DNA of 64,000 nt from Candidatus Binatia bacterium (GTDB taxonomy: Bacteria > Desulfobacterota > Binatia > UBA1149), in the NCBI GenBank assembly GCA_046754245.1, contig JBHHVL010000002.1:21540-85539 (forward strand), in the 5' to 3' direction. Made by a program: the position numbers and the translations under genes. The notes under the pieces were generated by a model. The model made no database searches and had not been told where the DNA came from. It worked only from the letters and a program-made list of their open reading frames with translations. Of this stretch, positions 8,211 to 17,574 are shown one piece after another. Numbering within the stretch: position 1 is the first letter of the stretch; each line of letters begins with the position of its first letter.

Positions 8211-10058
8211 TTGCGGGATAAACTGTACAAGCACCTGCTCTCCCGCCCTGAGGAAGGCGATCCGGCGGGCCTCCTCGAGCTGATTTTTCCCGGTTCCTCT
8301 TCGCCATCAGAGTTCGGAAAGGAGTTTCTCCGCGGGTTGCTCTCCGATGATCCCCGTTTCTTGGAAGACAGCGCCACGGGCGAGTGGCGCCTGGTCGACG
8401 ACCACCTGTTTGCCGTCGACATCAGCGAAGTACCCTTCGTGGTGGTCGACCTGGAAGGCACCGGCAACAGTCCCGGTCGTGGTGGTATCACCGAGATCGG
8501 CGCGGTGCGGCTCGAGGATGGCCGGATCCTCGATACCTTTGAGACCTTCGTGAATCCGGAACGCCGGATTCCGTCCTACGTGGCGAAAATGACGGGAATC
8601 ACCGATGAGATGGTGACCGGCGCTCCGACGATATCGGAGGTGATAGGCGATTTTCTCGCCTTTGCCGAGGGCTCGGTACTGGTTGCCCACAACGCGTCTT
8701 TCGACATCATTTCCCTCGACATAGCGTGCCAGAGGCATCTTGGCCGACCCCTCGGTATACCCTGGCTGTGCACCGTCGAAATGGCGAGGCGAGCGTGGCC
8801 CCATCTTCAAAAGACCTCCCTGGACGCCCTTGCCGAGCATTTCGACCTTCACGCCGATACCCGGCATCGGGCTTTGGCGGACGCGGAACTCACGGCCCAG
8901 ATCCTGGGCCGGTTGTTTGATGAGCTCCGCGAACGCGGCGCGACGACGATCGCGGAAGTGACTTCGGTCCTCGAGGGCGATGAACCCAGACGGAGTCTGG
9001 AAATTCACGTGAGTCAGGACGCCCTGGAGCGAATTCCGGAATCACCCGGTAGCTATCGTCTCATCGATGGCAACGGTAGCACCCTTCTCGTGAGCCGGGC
9101 GTCAAACCTCAGGGAAGCGGTCTTGCCTTACTTCCTCGGCGCGGCCCATCTCAGCGACCGTCAGGTCGGGATGGTCGCGGGCGTACACGACGTACGTTTT
9201 ATCGCGACCGGTTCGGAGCTGGAGGCGGCCCTGGTCGAGGCCAACGACGTTCGTAGGCACGAGCCGACCTTCAATCGAGGCAACAGGCACCTGCCGAGGC
9301 TTCACTTCTTGCGTTTCACCGTCAGTGACGAATTCCCCGCGGTATACGTCTCACCGCGACTGAGAGCCGACGACGCGCTCTACCTCGGTCCTCTCGGTAA
9401 CGGCGCTTTGGCCGACGAAGCGGCGAGGGCGTTTTCCAGACGCTTTCGGCTCCGAACCTGTCCAGGATTGCTCGTTCCGGCCCCTGGTTTTGAAGCCTGT
9501 TCGCTGGGTCGGGAGGGCTGGTGCAGCAGCCCCTGCGACCAGACCGTCTCAAGCGCCGAGTACGCGGAGCAGGCGCGACAACTGCAAGACGCGCTCGACA
9601 GCGCTGACGTGGATTTCGAGAAACTTCTCTCGACGGGCGACGCTAGCTCGGACTCGGGAGACCGGCGGGTTGCCAGGGTAGCCGGCCGCCTGGCGCGGCT
9701 CCACGACCGTCAGTCCCTTCTATGGCATCGCCAGCACTACATCGCCGTCTTGCCTGGGAGGCCCGGCAACAAACACGTTTTTGCCGTCGTCCGCGGCCGC
9801 CTCTACCGTGATTTCGAGCTCGAGCGGCGCGAGCAAGTGGATGAACTGGTTGAGTTGCTGGCGCAGTCCTTGGACGATCGGCCCTGCCAACGCATGAGTG
9901 GCCGTGTAGCGGTGGAGAGCAGCATCATGGCTAACTGGCGAAGCCGATATCCCCAGCCTGACGCCGCGTCGTCCGAAGGCATGCTACTCAACCTCGACCT
10001 CGACGGGGCCTCGTTGCGCGCCGCGGCTGCCGCTCTGGCGGCGGTGGTATCGCGTTGA
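8211..10058 (+). CDS. DnaQ-like DEDDh 3'-5' exonuclease fused to a GIY-YIG (UvrC/Cho-like) domain
   Basis: Exo motifs VVVDLEGTG, VAHNASFD and HRALADAE. The downstream GSYRLIDGNGSTLLVSRASNLREAVLPYF resembles the UvrC N-terminal GIY-YIG domain. TTG start. Confidence 0.7.
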   Translation: MRDKLYKHLLSRPEEGDPAGLLELIFPGSSSPSEFGKEFLRGLLSDDPRFLEDSATGEWRLVDDHLFAVDISEVPFVVVDLEGTGNSPGRGGITEIGAVRLEDGRILDTFETFVNPERRIPSYVAKMTGITDEMVTGAPTISEVIGDFLAFAEGSVLVAHNASFDIISLDIACQRHLGRPLGIPWLCTVEMARRAWPHLQKTSLDALAEHFDLHADTRHRALADAELTAQILGRLFDELRERGATTIAEVTSVLEGDEPRRSLEIHVSQDALERIPESPGSYRLIDGNGSTLLVSRASNLREAVLPYFLGAAHLSDRQVGMVAGVHDVRFIATGSELEAALVEANDVRRHEPTFNRGNRHLPRLHFLRFTVSDEFPAVYVSPRLRADDALYLGPLGNGALADEAARAFSRRFRLRTCPGLLVPAPGFEACSLGREGWCSSPCDQTVSSAEYAEQARQLQDALDSADVDFEKLLSTGDASSDSGDRRVARVAGRLARLHDRQSLLWHRQHYIAVLPGRPGNKHVFAVVRGRLYRDFELERREQVDELVELLAQSLDDRPCQRMSGRVAVESSIMANWRSRYPQPDAASSEGMLLNLDLDGASLRAAAAALAAVVSR

Positions 10059-10107
10059 ATTTGCGCTCGCAGTGGGGCGTTTCACGGGCAATCTGGGCTA
10101 AGGGCGT

Positions 10108-11943
10108 GTGTTCTCGGTGACAGCTCCTCTCGACCAAACCAGCAGGATAGACGAAGAGACGACGGAGGCGCGCTGGCGTCGTGTAATCTCGGAGAGCAAC
10201 GCGTGGTTACTCGCGGCCGCCATAGCCATAGGGGCGGTCACCGCTTTGGCGAACGTAGCTTTTCACTGGGCGATCGACGGCGCGCACGAGTTCTTCTGGA
10301 ATGACTTCGGAGGGGCTCTCGAGATCGGCAGCCGTCCTCCGGCCTACAGCGTCTACGAAACTGGCTTCGCCGGCCTGCCAGGCCACTGGTGGCTCATACC
10401 CTTGATTCCAACCGTCGGGATGGCTGCCCTCGTCCTGCTGGATCGCTTTTTCCCCGGTGAGGTAAAGGGCTATGGGCTGCCAAATTTTCTGGAAAAGGTG
10501 AACGTCAAGGGTGGGTACATACGCAGGCGATGGATCACGCTCAAGACCCTGTCGAGTGCCATTACCCTGGGATCGGGTATGAGCGCGGGCATCGAGGGCC
10601 CGATAGCGTCGATCGGCGGATCCATAGGATCGACGGTCGCCCGCGCGATCAGGCCTGCGGCCGAACGCTTGAGGATGCTCATTGCCTGTGGCTCCGCCGC
10701 GGCGATCGCGGCGACCTTTTCCAGTCCCATTGCGGGCGTGTTCTTCGCGCAGGAGATAGTGTTACTAGGGGAATTCCAGGCGCAGTCCTTCGCCCTGATA
10801 GTGCTGGCGTCGGGGACCTCGACCGTCGTGTCCCAGTACCTTCGGGGAGACCACCAGATTCTCCACGCGCCTGCCTTCGACTTCCCGGTCAATCACGAAC
10901 TGCTCTTCTACGTATTGATGGGAATGCTGTGTGGCTTGGTAGCGGTATTCTATATTCGCTCTTTTTACGTGATCCGAGACTGGTTCGAGCGGTCGAGTAT
11001 AGCGGGAGCGATTCAGCCAATCGCCGGGGGTGTGGTAGTCGGACTCGCGTTGATCGTGTTCCCTCAGGTGAGTTCCAGCGGGTACGAGACCATGAACGAG
11101 GTGTTCCGCGGCAACATGACGGCGGGCCTGCTCATGTCGCTGGTGTTGGTCAAGATACTCATGACCGGCGTCACCATGGGCTGTGGCGGGTCGGGTGGCG
11201 TGTTCGCGCCGGCCATGTTCATAGGCGCCGTGTTCGGCGGTGGGTTCGCGTCGCTCGTGAACCTCCTTATTCCCGGCACCCTAGGCGCTACCGGCAGCTT
11301 CGCGTTGATCGGTATGGGCGCGTTCCTTTCCGCTTCGACCCACGCGCCGATGACCGCGATCTTCCTCCTCTGGGAGCTGACCCGGGACTACAACGTGGTA
11401 CTCCCGATCATGATAACCGCTATCTCGGCTACGCTAGTGGCGCGGCGAGTATTTCCCGACAGCATCGACAGTTACGATCTGAGCCGGCGTGGATTCGACA
11501 TTCACGCGGGGAGCGAGGCCAACATACTCCGCGGCCTGTTTGTCCGCGGTCTGGTGAGCAAGGATTTTCAACAGATACCGGAGTCGATGGCGGTGACGGA
11601 TTTCGTTCGTTACGTCACGAATAGTCACCACGTGTATTTCCCTGTAGTTAACGAGGACAACGAACTTACCGGCATCATCAGCATGCAAGATCTCAAAGGG
11701 GTGTTGCTTGACAGGGACGCTTGGCCCTATCTGGTCGTCGGGGAGTTGGCCAATAGCGACGTTCTGACGGTATCCGGTTCCGATAGTCTCTACGACGCGA
11801 TGAAGGTCATCTCAACTCGTGGTTTCGAGCAGATTCCGGTCATGGACGAGGATAATCCCAAGCGGGTCGTGGGGATGCTCAAGCGTTCGGATCTGCAGAA
11901 CTTTTATCAGAAACGGCTGCTCGCCAAGGAGCTGCATCGCTGA
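10108..11943 (+). CDS. ClC-family chloride channel/antiporter with a C-terminal CBS pair
   Basis: Selectivity motifs GSGMSAGIEGP (gating Glu present) and GGVFAPAMFIG, about 10 TM helices, and a C-terminal tandem CBS region. Confidence 0.85.
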   Translation: MFSVTAPLDQTSRIDEETTEARWRRVISESNAWLLAAAIAIGAVTALANVAFHWAIDGAHEFFWNDFGGALEIGSRPPAYSVYETGFAGLPGHWWLIPLIPTVGMAALVLLDRFFPGEVKGYGLPNFLEKVNVKGGYIRRRWITLKTLSSAITLGSGMSAGIEGPIASIGGSIGSTVARAIRPAAERLRMLIACGSAAAIAATFSSPIAGVFFAQEIVLLGEFQAQSFALIVLASGTSTVVSQYLRGDHQILHAPAFDFPVNHELLFYVLMGMLCGLVAVFYIRSFYVIRDWFERSSIAGAIQPIAGGVVVGLALIVFPQVSSSGYETMNEVFRGNMTAGLLMSLVLVKILMTGVTMGCGGSGGVFAPAMFIGAVFGGGFASLVNLLIPGTLGATGSFALIGMGAFLSASTHAPMTAIFLLWELTRDYNVVLPIMITAISATLVARRVFPDSIDSYDLSRRGFDIHAGSEANILRGLFVRGLVSKDFQQIPESMAVTDFVRYVTNSHHVYFPVVNEDNELTGIISMQDLKGVLLDRDAWPYLVVGELANSDVLTVSGSDSLYDAMKVISTRGFEQIPVMDEDNPKRVVGMLKRSDLQNFYQKRLLAKELHR

Positions 11944-11987
11944 GCCGGGCGCGGCTGGACTGGGCTACGGTCGAAGGAGAGAACGAA

Positions 11988-12830
11988 TTGGTTTCCAGCG
12001 CGGTGATAATTACGTCGGATGACCTTGGCCGCTGGCCGGAAGTCAACGACGCCGTGATGGCTGGTTACGACGCCGGGGTGATTTCGAGTGCGGGGCTGCG
12101 CGTGAACGGACAAGCCGCCCGTTCTGCGATCGTCTCGGCGTCGATGAGGTCTGGTCTCGGAGTGGGTCTGCATCTCGTTCTTTGCGAAGGTTCGTCCACC
12201 CTGCCGCGGCACGACATACCGAACCTGGTCGACGCCGGGGGGCGTTTCGTTTCGCGGCCGCTCGAGGCCGCATGGCTCTACAGACGTGGCGGCGGCCTGC
12301 GAGACGAACTCGCGGCGGAGATCCGGGCTCAGGTCGAACGGTTCCTCTCCAGCGGACTGTATCTAACGCACGTCTCGAGCACCTACGATCTACATCTGCA
12401 TCCGACGATCCTCGGAATACTGAAGGATCTGGCGCTCGAGTACCCGCTGTGGGCGATTCGAAAGCCCTGCGGCAAGGCGTGGAAATGGTCCCGCCGTTAT
12501 AATACTCCAGGCTGGCAGACAGCCCTGGAAAACTCGGTTATGCGACCTGTCCTGGGTTACGGGCGGCTACGTTCGCGGTGTTTCAAGGGTCCGGACCGCG
12601 TCGAGCCTCTCTCACGTACGCGCCCGATAACAGAGCATTCGGTGGTCGAGAGGCTCAACTCGCTGAAATCCGGTGTCACCGAATTCGTTTGCCACCCGGG
12701 CTCTTTTCTCCGCCGTTACGACGGAATCGGGGAGGCGGCTGTGCTGACGAGTCCTATGGTGCGCGCGAGTCTCGAAGCGAACGACGACGTCGATCTGATT
12801 TCCTACAGGGAAGTAACCGAGGGGAACTGA
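11988..12830 (+). CDS. YdjC/ChbG/HpnK-family carbohydrate deacetylase-like protein
   Basis: N-terminus VIITSDDLGRWPEVNDAVMAGYDAGVISSAGLRVNG and the internal HLHLHP-like segment (YDLHLHPTIL) are typical of YdjC-like proteins. Confidence 0.65.
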   Translation: MVSSAVIITSDDLGRWPEVNDAVMAGYDAGVISSAGLRVNGQAARSAIVSASMRSGLGVGLHLVLCEGSSTLPRHDIPNLVDAGGRFVSRPLEAAWLYRRGGGLRDELAAEIRAQVERFLSSGLYLTHVSSTYDLHLHPTILGILKDLALEYPLWAIRKPCGKAWKWSRRYNTPGWQTALENSVMRPVLGYGRLRSRCFKGPDRVEPLSRTRPITEHSVVERLNSLKSGVTEFVCHPGSFLRRYDGIGEAAVLTSPMVRASLEANDDVDLISYREVTEGN

Positions 12831-12847
12831 GCGGCCCGGAGACCCGG

Positions 12848-14200
12848 TTACACCAGGGTCGTCAGCAAACCCAGGAATATGAAGAACCCGAGAACGTCTG
12901 TTCCGGCGGTGACGAAAACCGGCGATGACAGCGCGGGGTCGGCTCCGAGGCGGCGAATGCTCAGGGGAATGAGCGTGCCGAGCACCGCTGCGACGATCAG
13001 GTTGATGATCATGGCGAAACCCATGACCAGGGCCAGGCCCAGGTTTTCGCGCCAGAGGTAGACCGTAACACCGGCGACGACGCCGAGCACCGCGCCATTG
13101 CTCAGCGCTATGAGGAACTCGCGACTCAACATGCGCCGGGCGTTTCGCGACCGTACCTCACCGAGCGCCAAACCTCGCACCACCAGGGTCATCGTTTGAA
13201 CGCCCGCGTTTCCTCCTTGGCTCGCGACGATGGTCATGAAGGCCGCTGCTATCGCCAGTGTTTGGATGGTGTGCTCGAACAATGAGATGGTCGCGGCACT
13301 CACCGTCGCGGTCAGCAAGTTGACTCCGAGCCACGGCAACCGCGACCGAACCGCGGTCAGCGGCCCCGGTAAACCCAGTGGTTCGTCGCCGACGCCGGCG
13401 AGCTTGAGCATGTCCTCCGTGGCCTCTTCTTCGATGACGTCCACCACGTCGTCGATGGTGATGCGCCCTACAAGCGTTCGTTCTTCGTCGATGACGGGAA
13501 GGGACAGTAGGTCGTACTTCTCGAACAGGTGGGCGACTTCTTCCTGGTCGACGTACGCACTTACCGAGACGAATTCGGATTCGATGATTTCATCTACCGG
13601 GGTCTTGTCCTCCGCCAGGACGAGTTCCCTGACTGGGACGTAACCGATCAGGCGGCCTTCGTGATCGGTTACGAAGACGTTGTGAATGTCGTGAAAATCA
13701 TCGCGGTGGCGTCGCAGGTAGGTGCGAATCTGAAGTACCGACGTACCAGTGGTCACAGACGCGACCTCGGTCTTCATGATCCCGCCGGCGCTGTCAGCGG
13801 GGTAGGAGAGTAAATCCTCGACCTCTCGCCGCGTTTCGGGGGTCGCCCGGTAGAGAAGAAGCCTCTGCCGTTGTTGCGGCAACTGACCAACGATGTCGGC
13901 CGCGTCGTCGGTGTCGACGCCCTCTATGACGGCCGTTATCCGCGAATCGGCGAGGTTGTCCAGCAGGACCCCACGGGTAAGGTCGCTTACGTCACGTATG
14001 ACCTCACCGGCCTTGTCGTCGGAGAGGACCCCGAAGAGCCGAAGTTTTTCGGCATCGGATTCCAGTCGATCGAGTATCTCGGCTAGGTCGGCGGGGTGAA
14101 CGTCGGCGATTTCGCGGCGAAGCCGCTGACTGTCGCCAGCGCGGGCGAGCTCGAAAATGACTTCGCGTTGCAGGCGGTCGCTTTCAGCCAGGTTGCTCAT
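12848..14200 (-). CDS. mgtE: Magnesium transporter MgtE
   Basis: MgtE N-domain, two CBS domains, and a C-terminal TM domain with the SQGGNAGVQT motif. Confidence 0.9.
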   Translation of the reverse strand: MSNLAESDRLQREVIFELARAGDSQRLRREIADVHPADLAEILDRLESDAEKLRLFGVLSDDKAGEVIRDVSDLTRGVLLDNLADSRITAVIEGVDTDDAADIVGQLPQQRQRLLLYRATPETRREVEDLLSYPADSAGGIMKTEVASVTTGTSVLQIRTYLRRHRDDFHDIHNVFVTDHEGRLIGYVPVRELVLAEDKTPVDEIIESEFVSVSAYVDQEEVAHLFEKYDLLSLPVIDEERTLVGRITIDDVVDVIEEEATEDMLKLAGVGDEPLGLPGPLTAVRSRLPWLGVNLLTATVSAATISLFEHTIQTLAIAAAFMTIVASQGGNAGVQTMTLVVRGLALGEVRSRNARRMLSREFLIALSNGAVLGVVAGVTVYLWRENLGLALVMGFAMIINLIVAAVLGTLIPLSIRRLGADPALSSPVFVTAGTDVLGFFIFLGLLTTLV

Positions 14201-15971
14201 CTTTACCGTGCGCGGTTACGTAGAGAAGTACGAGGGGCTCTCTTCTTTGGTTATCCCCGTAGGTATAGCGCATAACCTCCTCGAAATGATAGTTGAGGGC
14301 CGCCGAGAGGTCCGCGACCGAGCCTTCGCGCGCGAGAATCCACAGTTTCTTCTCGTCCTCCCCGCTGTCGTCGAGGAGGGCGGGTTCGGGCAACGGCGGT
14401 AGATCGCGGCCCGCGTAGAATACGGCGCCGTAGTCGAAGAAACCGAAAAGATAGAGGGGATCGTCTCCGGGCACCGCGGACACGACCCGTTGCATGAAAC
14501 CCTTCAGTCCCTGGGAGCGGCCGATGTCTTGCTGGAAGGTGATCGGAAGGCTCAGCTGGGACGCTGCGACCAGCAGAGAGACGCAGCAAAAGACCGTAAG
14601 GCGCCGCCCGCGCATCGACGCTGCGGTCGTCGCGAGCACCAGCAGCAACACCGACACGGACCAGGCGAGAACCAGCCAGGGGCTCGCGTCGAGGGTGGCC
14701 GCGACGGCGGGGAGGTTGGCGGCGTCGGTGCGGCTGAGCAGGGGTTCAACGAAGAAGACCGCCTGGATACCGGCTGCATGAAGCAGGGCGATCAAGACCG
14801 GAACCACCGCCAGCGCGGCGACGAGGCTCCCGGACCACGAGAGCAACCTGCGGGCAGCGTCTCCTGGGGGAAGACTCGCCGAGGCCTGACGCGACCACCA
14901 GTGCCCACACATCAGCGCAAGCGCCGGGTAGGCACTCAGCAGGTAGACACCGCGTTTCGAGCTGGCCACGGAAAACAAGGCCAGCGTCACCAATAGCCAG
15001 CAGAGCATGAACAGGGTTCGGTCTGGCCGTAGCTCGAGGCGGCGGCGCCAGAGGTCGGTCGCGATTCCCGGTATGAACAGGCTCCAGGGTGCAAAACCGG
15101 CCAGCAGGGCGGGCAGGTAGTACCACGCCGAATGAACGTGCCCAGCGCTGACGGCGTTGGCGTCTATGACCCTGAACACGTTTTCCTTGAATACGAGCTT
15201 GTCGATGAAGGCTGAGCCCCCCTTCCAGGTCGCCAGAGCGTACCAGATCACGGCGAACCCGAGCACCGCGGAGCCCGCTCTCGGACGCAGCTTCTTGAAA
15301 TAGGCCAGGTCGCTCTCGACGAGCAGGAACGTAGCCACGACCGCGACCGGTAGCACAAGCCCCACGGGTCCCTTGGTCAGTACCGCGGCGCTGCAGAAGA
15401 CGTAGAAGAGCAAGCTCAGAGGTCGCCTGCCGGCGCGATAACAGGAGAGAAAGGTCAGCAACGCGGCGCTTATGAAAGCCGCGAGGAGCATGTCGACCCT
15501 GGCTGTTGTGGCCGACACCGTCCACTGCAGGCTGGTGAGCAGCACTATTGCGGCCATCACTCCCGCCGAGCTGCCCCATAGCGCGGCCCCGACGATACCG
15601 ACCGCGGCCGCAGTAGCGAGCGAGGCGACGGCGGAGGGCAAACGTACGCTCCACTCGCTCACGGCGCCGACTGCCAGGCTCGCGCCAGCGCCCAACCAGT
15701 GGAACATGGGAGGCTTTGAAGGAATCTCGTTCCCGTTTCGAAGCGGCAGCACCCACTCGCCGTGATCAACGATGGACTGGACCACGATGGCTTCCCGTGG
15801 CTCTCCTTTGGTGTAGAAGGGCACCTTGGCCAGAGGAGCAACGTACAGGATCGCAGCGGCGCCGAGGACCGCTACCAGCGCCACTGGGACGGGTCCCGGC
15901 CCTCGGCTGGAGCGGGGCTGTTCGTCGGTGGGTGAATCCTCGCAGAGCGGGTTGTCGACCGGAGACTGCAC
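14184..15971 (-). CDS. ArnT/PMT-like (GT39/GT83) membrane glycosyltransferase
   Basis: Polytopic. The N-terminal region YTKGEPREAIVVQSIVDHGEWVLPLRNGNEIPSKPPMFHWL resembles lipid-linked sugar transferases. Overlaps mgtE by 17 nt. Confidence 0.7.
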   Translation of the reverse strand: MQSPVDNPLCEDSPTDEQPRSSRGPGPVPVALVAVLGAAAILYVAPLAKVPFYTKGEPREAIVVQSIVDHGEWVLPLRNGNEIPSKPPMFHWLGAGASLAVGAVSEWSVRLPSAVASLATAAAVGIVGAALWGSSAGVMAAIVLLTSLQWTVSATTARVDMLLAAFISAALLTFLSCYRAGRRPLSLLFYVFCSAAVLTKGPVGLVLPVAVVATFLLVESDLAYFKKLRPRAGSAVLGFAVIWYALATWKGGSAFIDKLVFKENVFRVIDANAVSAGHVHSAWYYLPALLAGFAPWSLFIPGIATDLWRRRLELRPDRTLFMLCWLLVTLALFSVASSKRGVYLLSAYPALALMCGHWWSRQASASLPPGDAARRLLSWSGSLVAALAVVPVLIALLHAAGIQAVFFVEPLLSRTDAANLPAVAATLDASPWLVLAWSVSVLLLVLATTAASMRGRRLTVFCCVSLLVAASQLSLPITFQQDIGRSQGLKGFMQRVVSAVPGDDPLYLFGFFDYGAVFYAGRDLPPLPEPALLDDSGEDEKKLWILAREGSVADLSAALNYHFEEVMRYTYGDNQRREPLVLLYVTAHGKDEQPG

Positions 15972-16086
15972 GGTCTCACATCGTAGCCCGGCGCTGGCGC
16001 CGAATCATTTTGCGCGGGAGTGTCAGGACACAGGGGGCCGCTCCGGCGGTCTGGATGTAGCGGCGAGCGCGGGCTAGTATCCGAAG

Positions 16087-16554
16087 GTGCCAGGTCTCGA
16101 GCCAAGCAAACTCCCTCGCTTGGGGTCCGAGGGTTCCGACGACCTCGTGGGGAGCGATCGGCGTCTGCTGGTCGTGTTCAAGGGATCCTGCCCCACCTGT
16201 CAGCTGGTGCTGCCGCTGCTCGAAGAACTGTACCGGCGTGGGGAGGGTCGGCTGGACGTCGTCGCCGTTTCGCAGGACAGCGAGGTCGACACCGGCGCCT
16301 TCGTAGACAAATACGGCCTCACGATGCCTGTTTATCTGGACTACCCATCGTGGAAGCTCTCGGCGAGCTTGGGTGCGTCGTCGGTTCCGATGTTGATAGA
16401 CCTTCGAAAGGGCCGATTCGATTCGGTAATCGAGGGATTCGACAAGGCGGAACTCGGGCGGCTCGCCAAGAGCCTCGTAGAAGAGCAGGACCTGCCGTGG
16501 GAGCCAACCTCGTTGTTCTTGGATGAGCGGCTTCCCGACCACAAGCCGGGTTGA
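16087..16554 (+). CDS. Thioredoxin-fold (TlpA/redoxin-like) protein
   Basis: CxxC motif in the usual context (LLVVFKGSCPTCQLVLPLLEEL). Preferred over antisense ORF 15976..16566, which is Arg-rich with no motif. Confidence 0.5.
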   Translation: MPGLEPSKLPRLGSEGSDDLVGSDRRLLVVFKGSCPTCQLVLPLLEELYRRGEGRLDVVAVSQDSEVDTGAFVDKYGLTMPVYLDYPSWKLSASLGASSVPMLIDLRKGRFDSVIEGFDKAELGRLAKSLVEEQDLPWEPTSLFLDERLPDHKPG

Positions 16555-16603
16555 GGCAGCCGTCACGTGAAGGGGTAGTTTACCCCCGACCAGGGCAAGG
16601 GGT

Positions 16604-17521
16604 TCAGCTGGCCTGACGGGTGGGTACGGGTTCCTCCGAAGCCTCGCTTTCAGACGCTACATCGCGCGACCACACGATTTCGCGGTAGTCGAAATCCCGC
16701 TTTCCGATAAGGTCGGCCTTCACGATCTCGAAGTACGGCGAGAGATCGAAGTCGCGCGGCGTGACCAAGCTGGGGTTGCATGGCGTGAAGACTCCGCTGG
16801 CAAGAAGGTCTCGCTGGGTCGGGGCCCGTCGGCGCCCGAAGAACCACCCCTTCCTGCGGGGGGCCTCGAGGGGCCCGTTGTCGCCGGCCGTGGTGATCTC
16901 GGGTCGTATGGGGTAGCGGACCTGCTGGAAAGCAAGAGCGATCTGGGCGGAACAGATGACGTCCTTCGACAGCGTTCCGGAGTGTTCAAGCAAGGTCTTG
17001 CGGAAACGTTGGGGAATGAGGCTTACTGGAAAGAAGTAGCGGAGCAGATCGAGGATGTGATCGACGCTATAGGCCGCGCCAATTTGAGACACGACGTTCG
17101 ACAGCACCGAATTGAGATCGCCGGGCCTTAGCTTGTACGGTCGGCAGATGCGGATGTTGTGGTTCAGGTACTTCGACAGCGGCGCGGGCGCGACTCCGTT
17201 CTCCACGGTCGCTTCGACGAGCAGGTACGAGCTCTCGTCCCCGAATCTGTCGACCAGCTCATCGGCAGCGGCGCCTTGGCGTTTGAGGACCGCGTCGCCG
17301 ACGTAGAGCGCGGCGTGAGACCACGAACTCTGGGTGAGATACTTGATTACTTCGCTGATCCGTTGGGAGCCCTCCACCAGCAGCACGTCGCCCGGGCGTA
17401 TGACCTCTTTCAAGCGTTCGAGGCTCTGAGGAAAACGTTGCTCGTATCCGCGGTGTTCCTTGACGAGAAGTGACGTCAGGAAGTCTATGAAGTATTGCCG
17501 TAACCCGCGCCTGGCCCTCAT
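16604..17521 (-). CDS. YiiX/YaeF-like permuted papain-fold (NlpC/P60 superfamily) protein
   Basis: GDVLLVEGSQRISEVIKYLTQSSWSHAALYVG followed by a later Cys segment (DVICSAQIALAF), which matches the permuted His-then-Cys arrangement. Confidence 0.45.
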   Translation of the reverse strand: MRARRGLRQYFIDFLTSLLVKEHRGYEQRFPQSLERLKEVIRPGDVLLVEGSQRISEVIKYLTQSSWSHAALYVGDAVLKRQGAAADELVDRFGDESSYLLVEATVENGVAPAPLSKYLNHNIRICRPYKLRPGDLNSVLSNVVSQIGAAYSVDHILDLLRYFFPVSLIPQRFRKTLLEHSGTLSKDVICSAQIALAFQQVRYPIRPEITTAGDNGPLEAPRRKGWFFGRRRAPTQRDLLASGVFTPCNPSLVTPRDFDLSPYFEIVKADLIGKRDFDYREIVWSRDVASESEASEEPVPTRQAS

Positions 17522-17574
17522 TGGGATAACCTCAGCAACTTACCATTGTAGCCTGCCTCGAAGCGACTGGGAAT

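Noticed and set aside
15976-16566. 196-aa minus-strand ORF overlapping the thioredoxin-fold gene
   Set aside because: The plus-strand frame carries a CxxC in a thioredoxin-like context. The minus frame has no motif and is Arg-rich. I kept the plus-strand call at modest confidence.
16572-16586. Hairpin GGGGTA-gtt-TACCCC between convergent genes as a terminator
   Set aside because: The stem is only 6 bp, with no U-tract on either strand. That is too weak to call.
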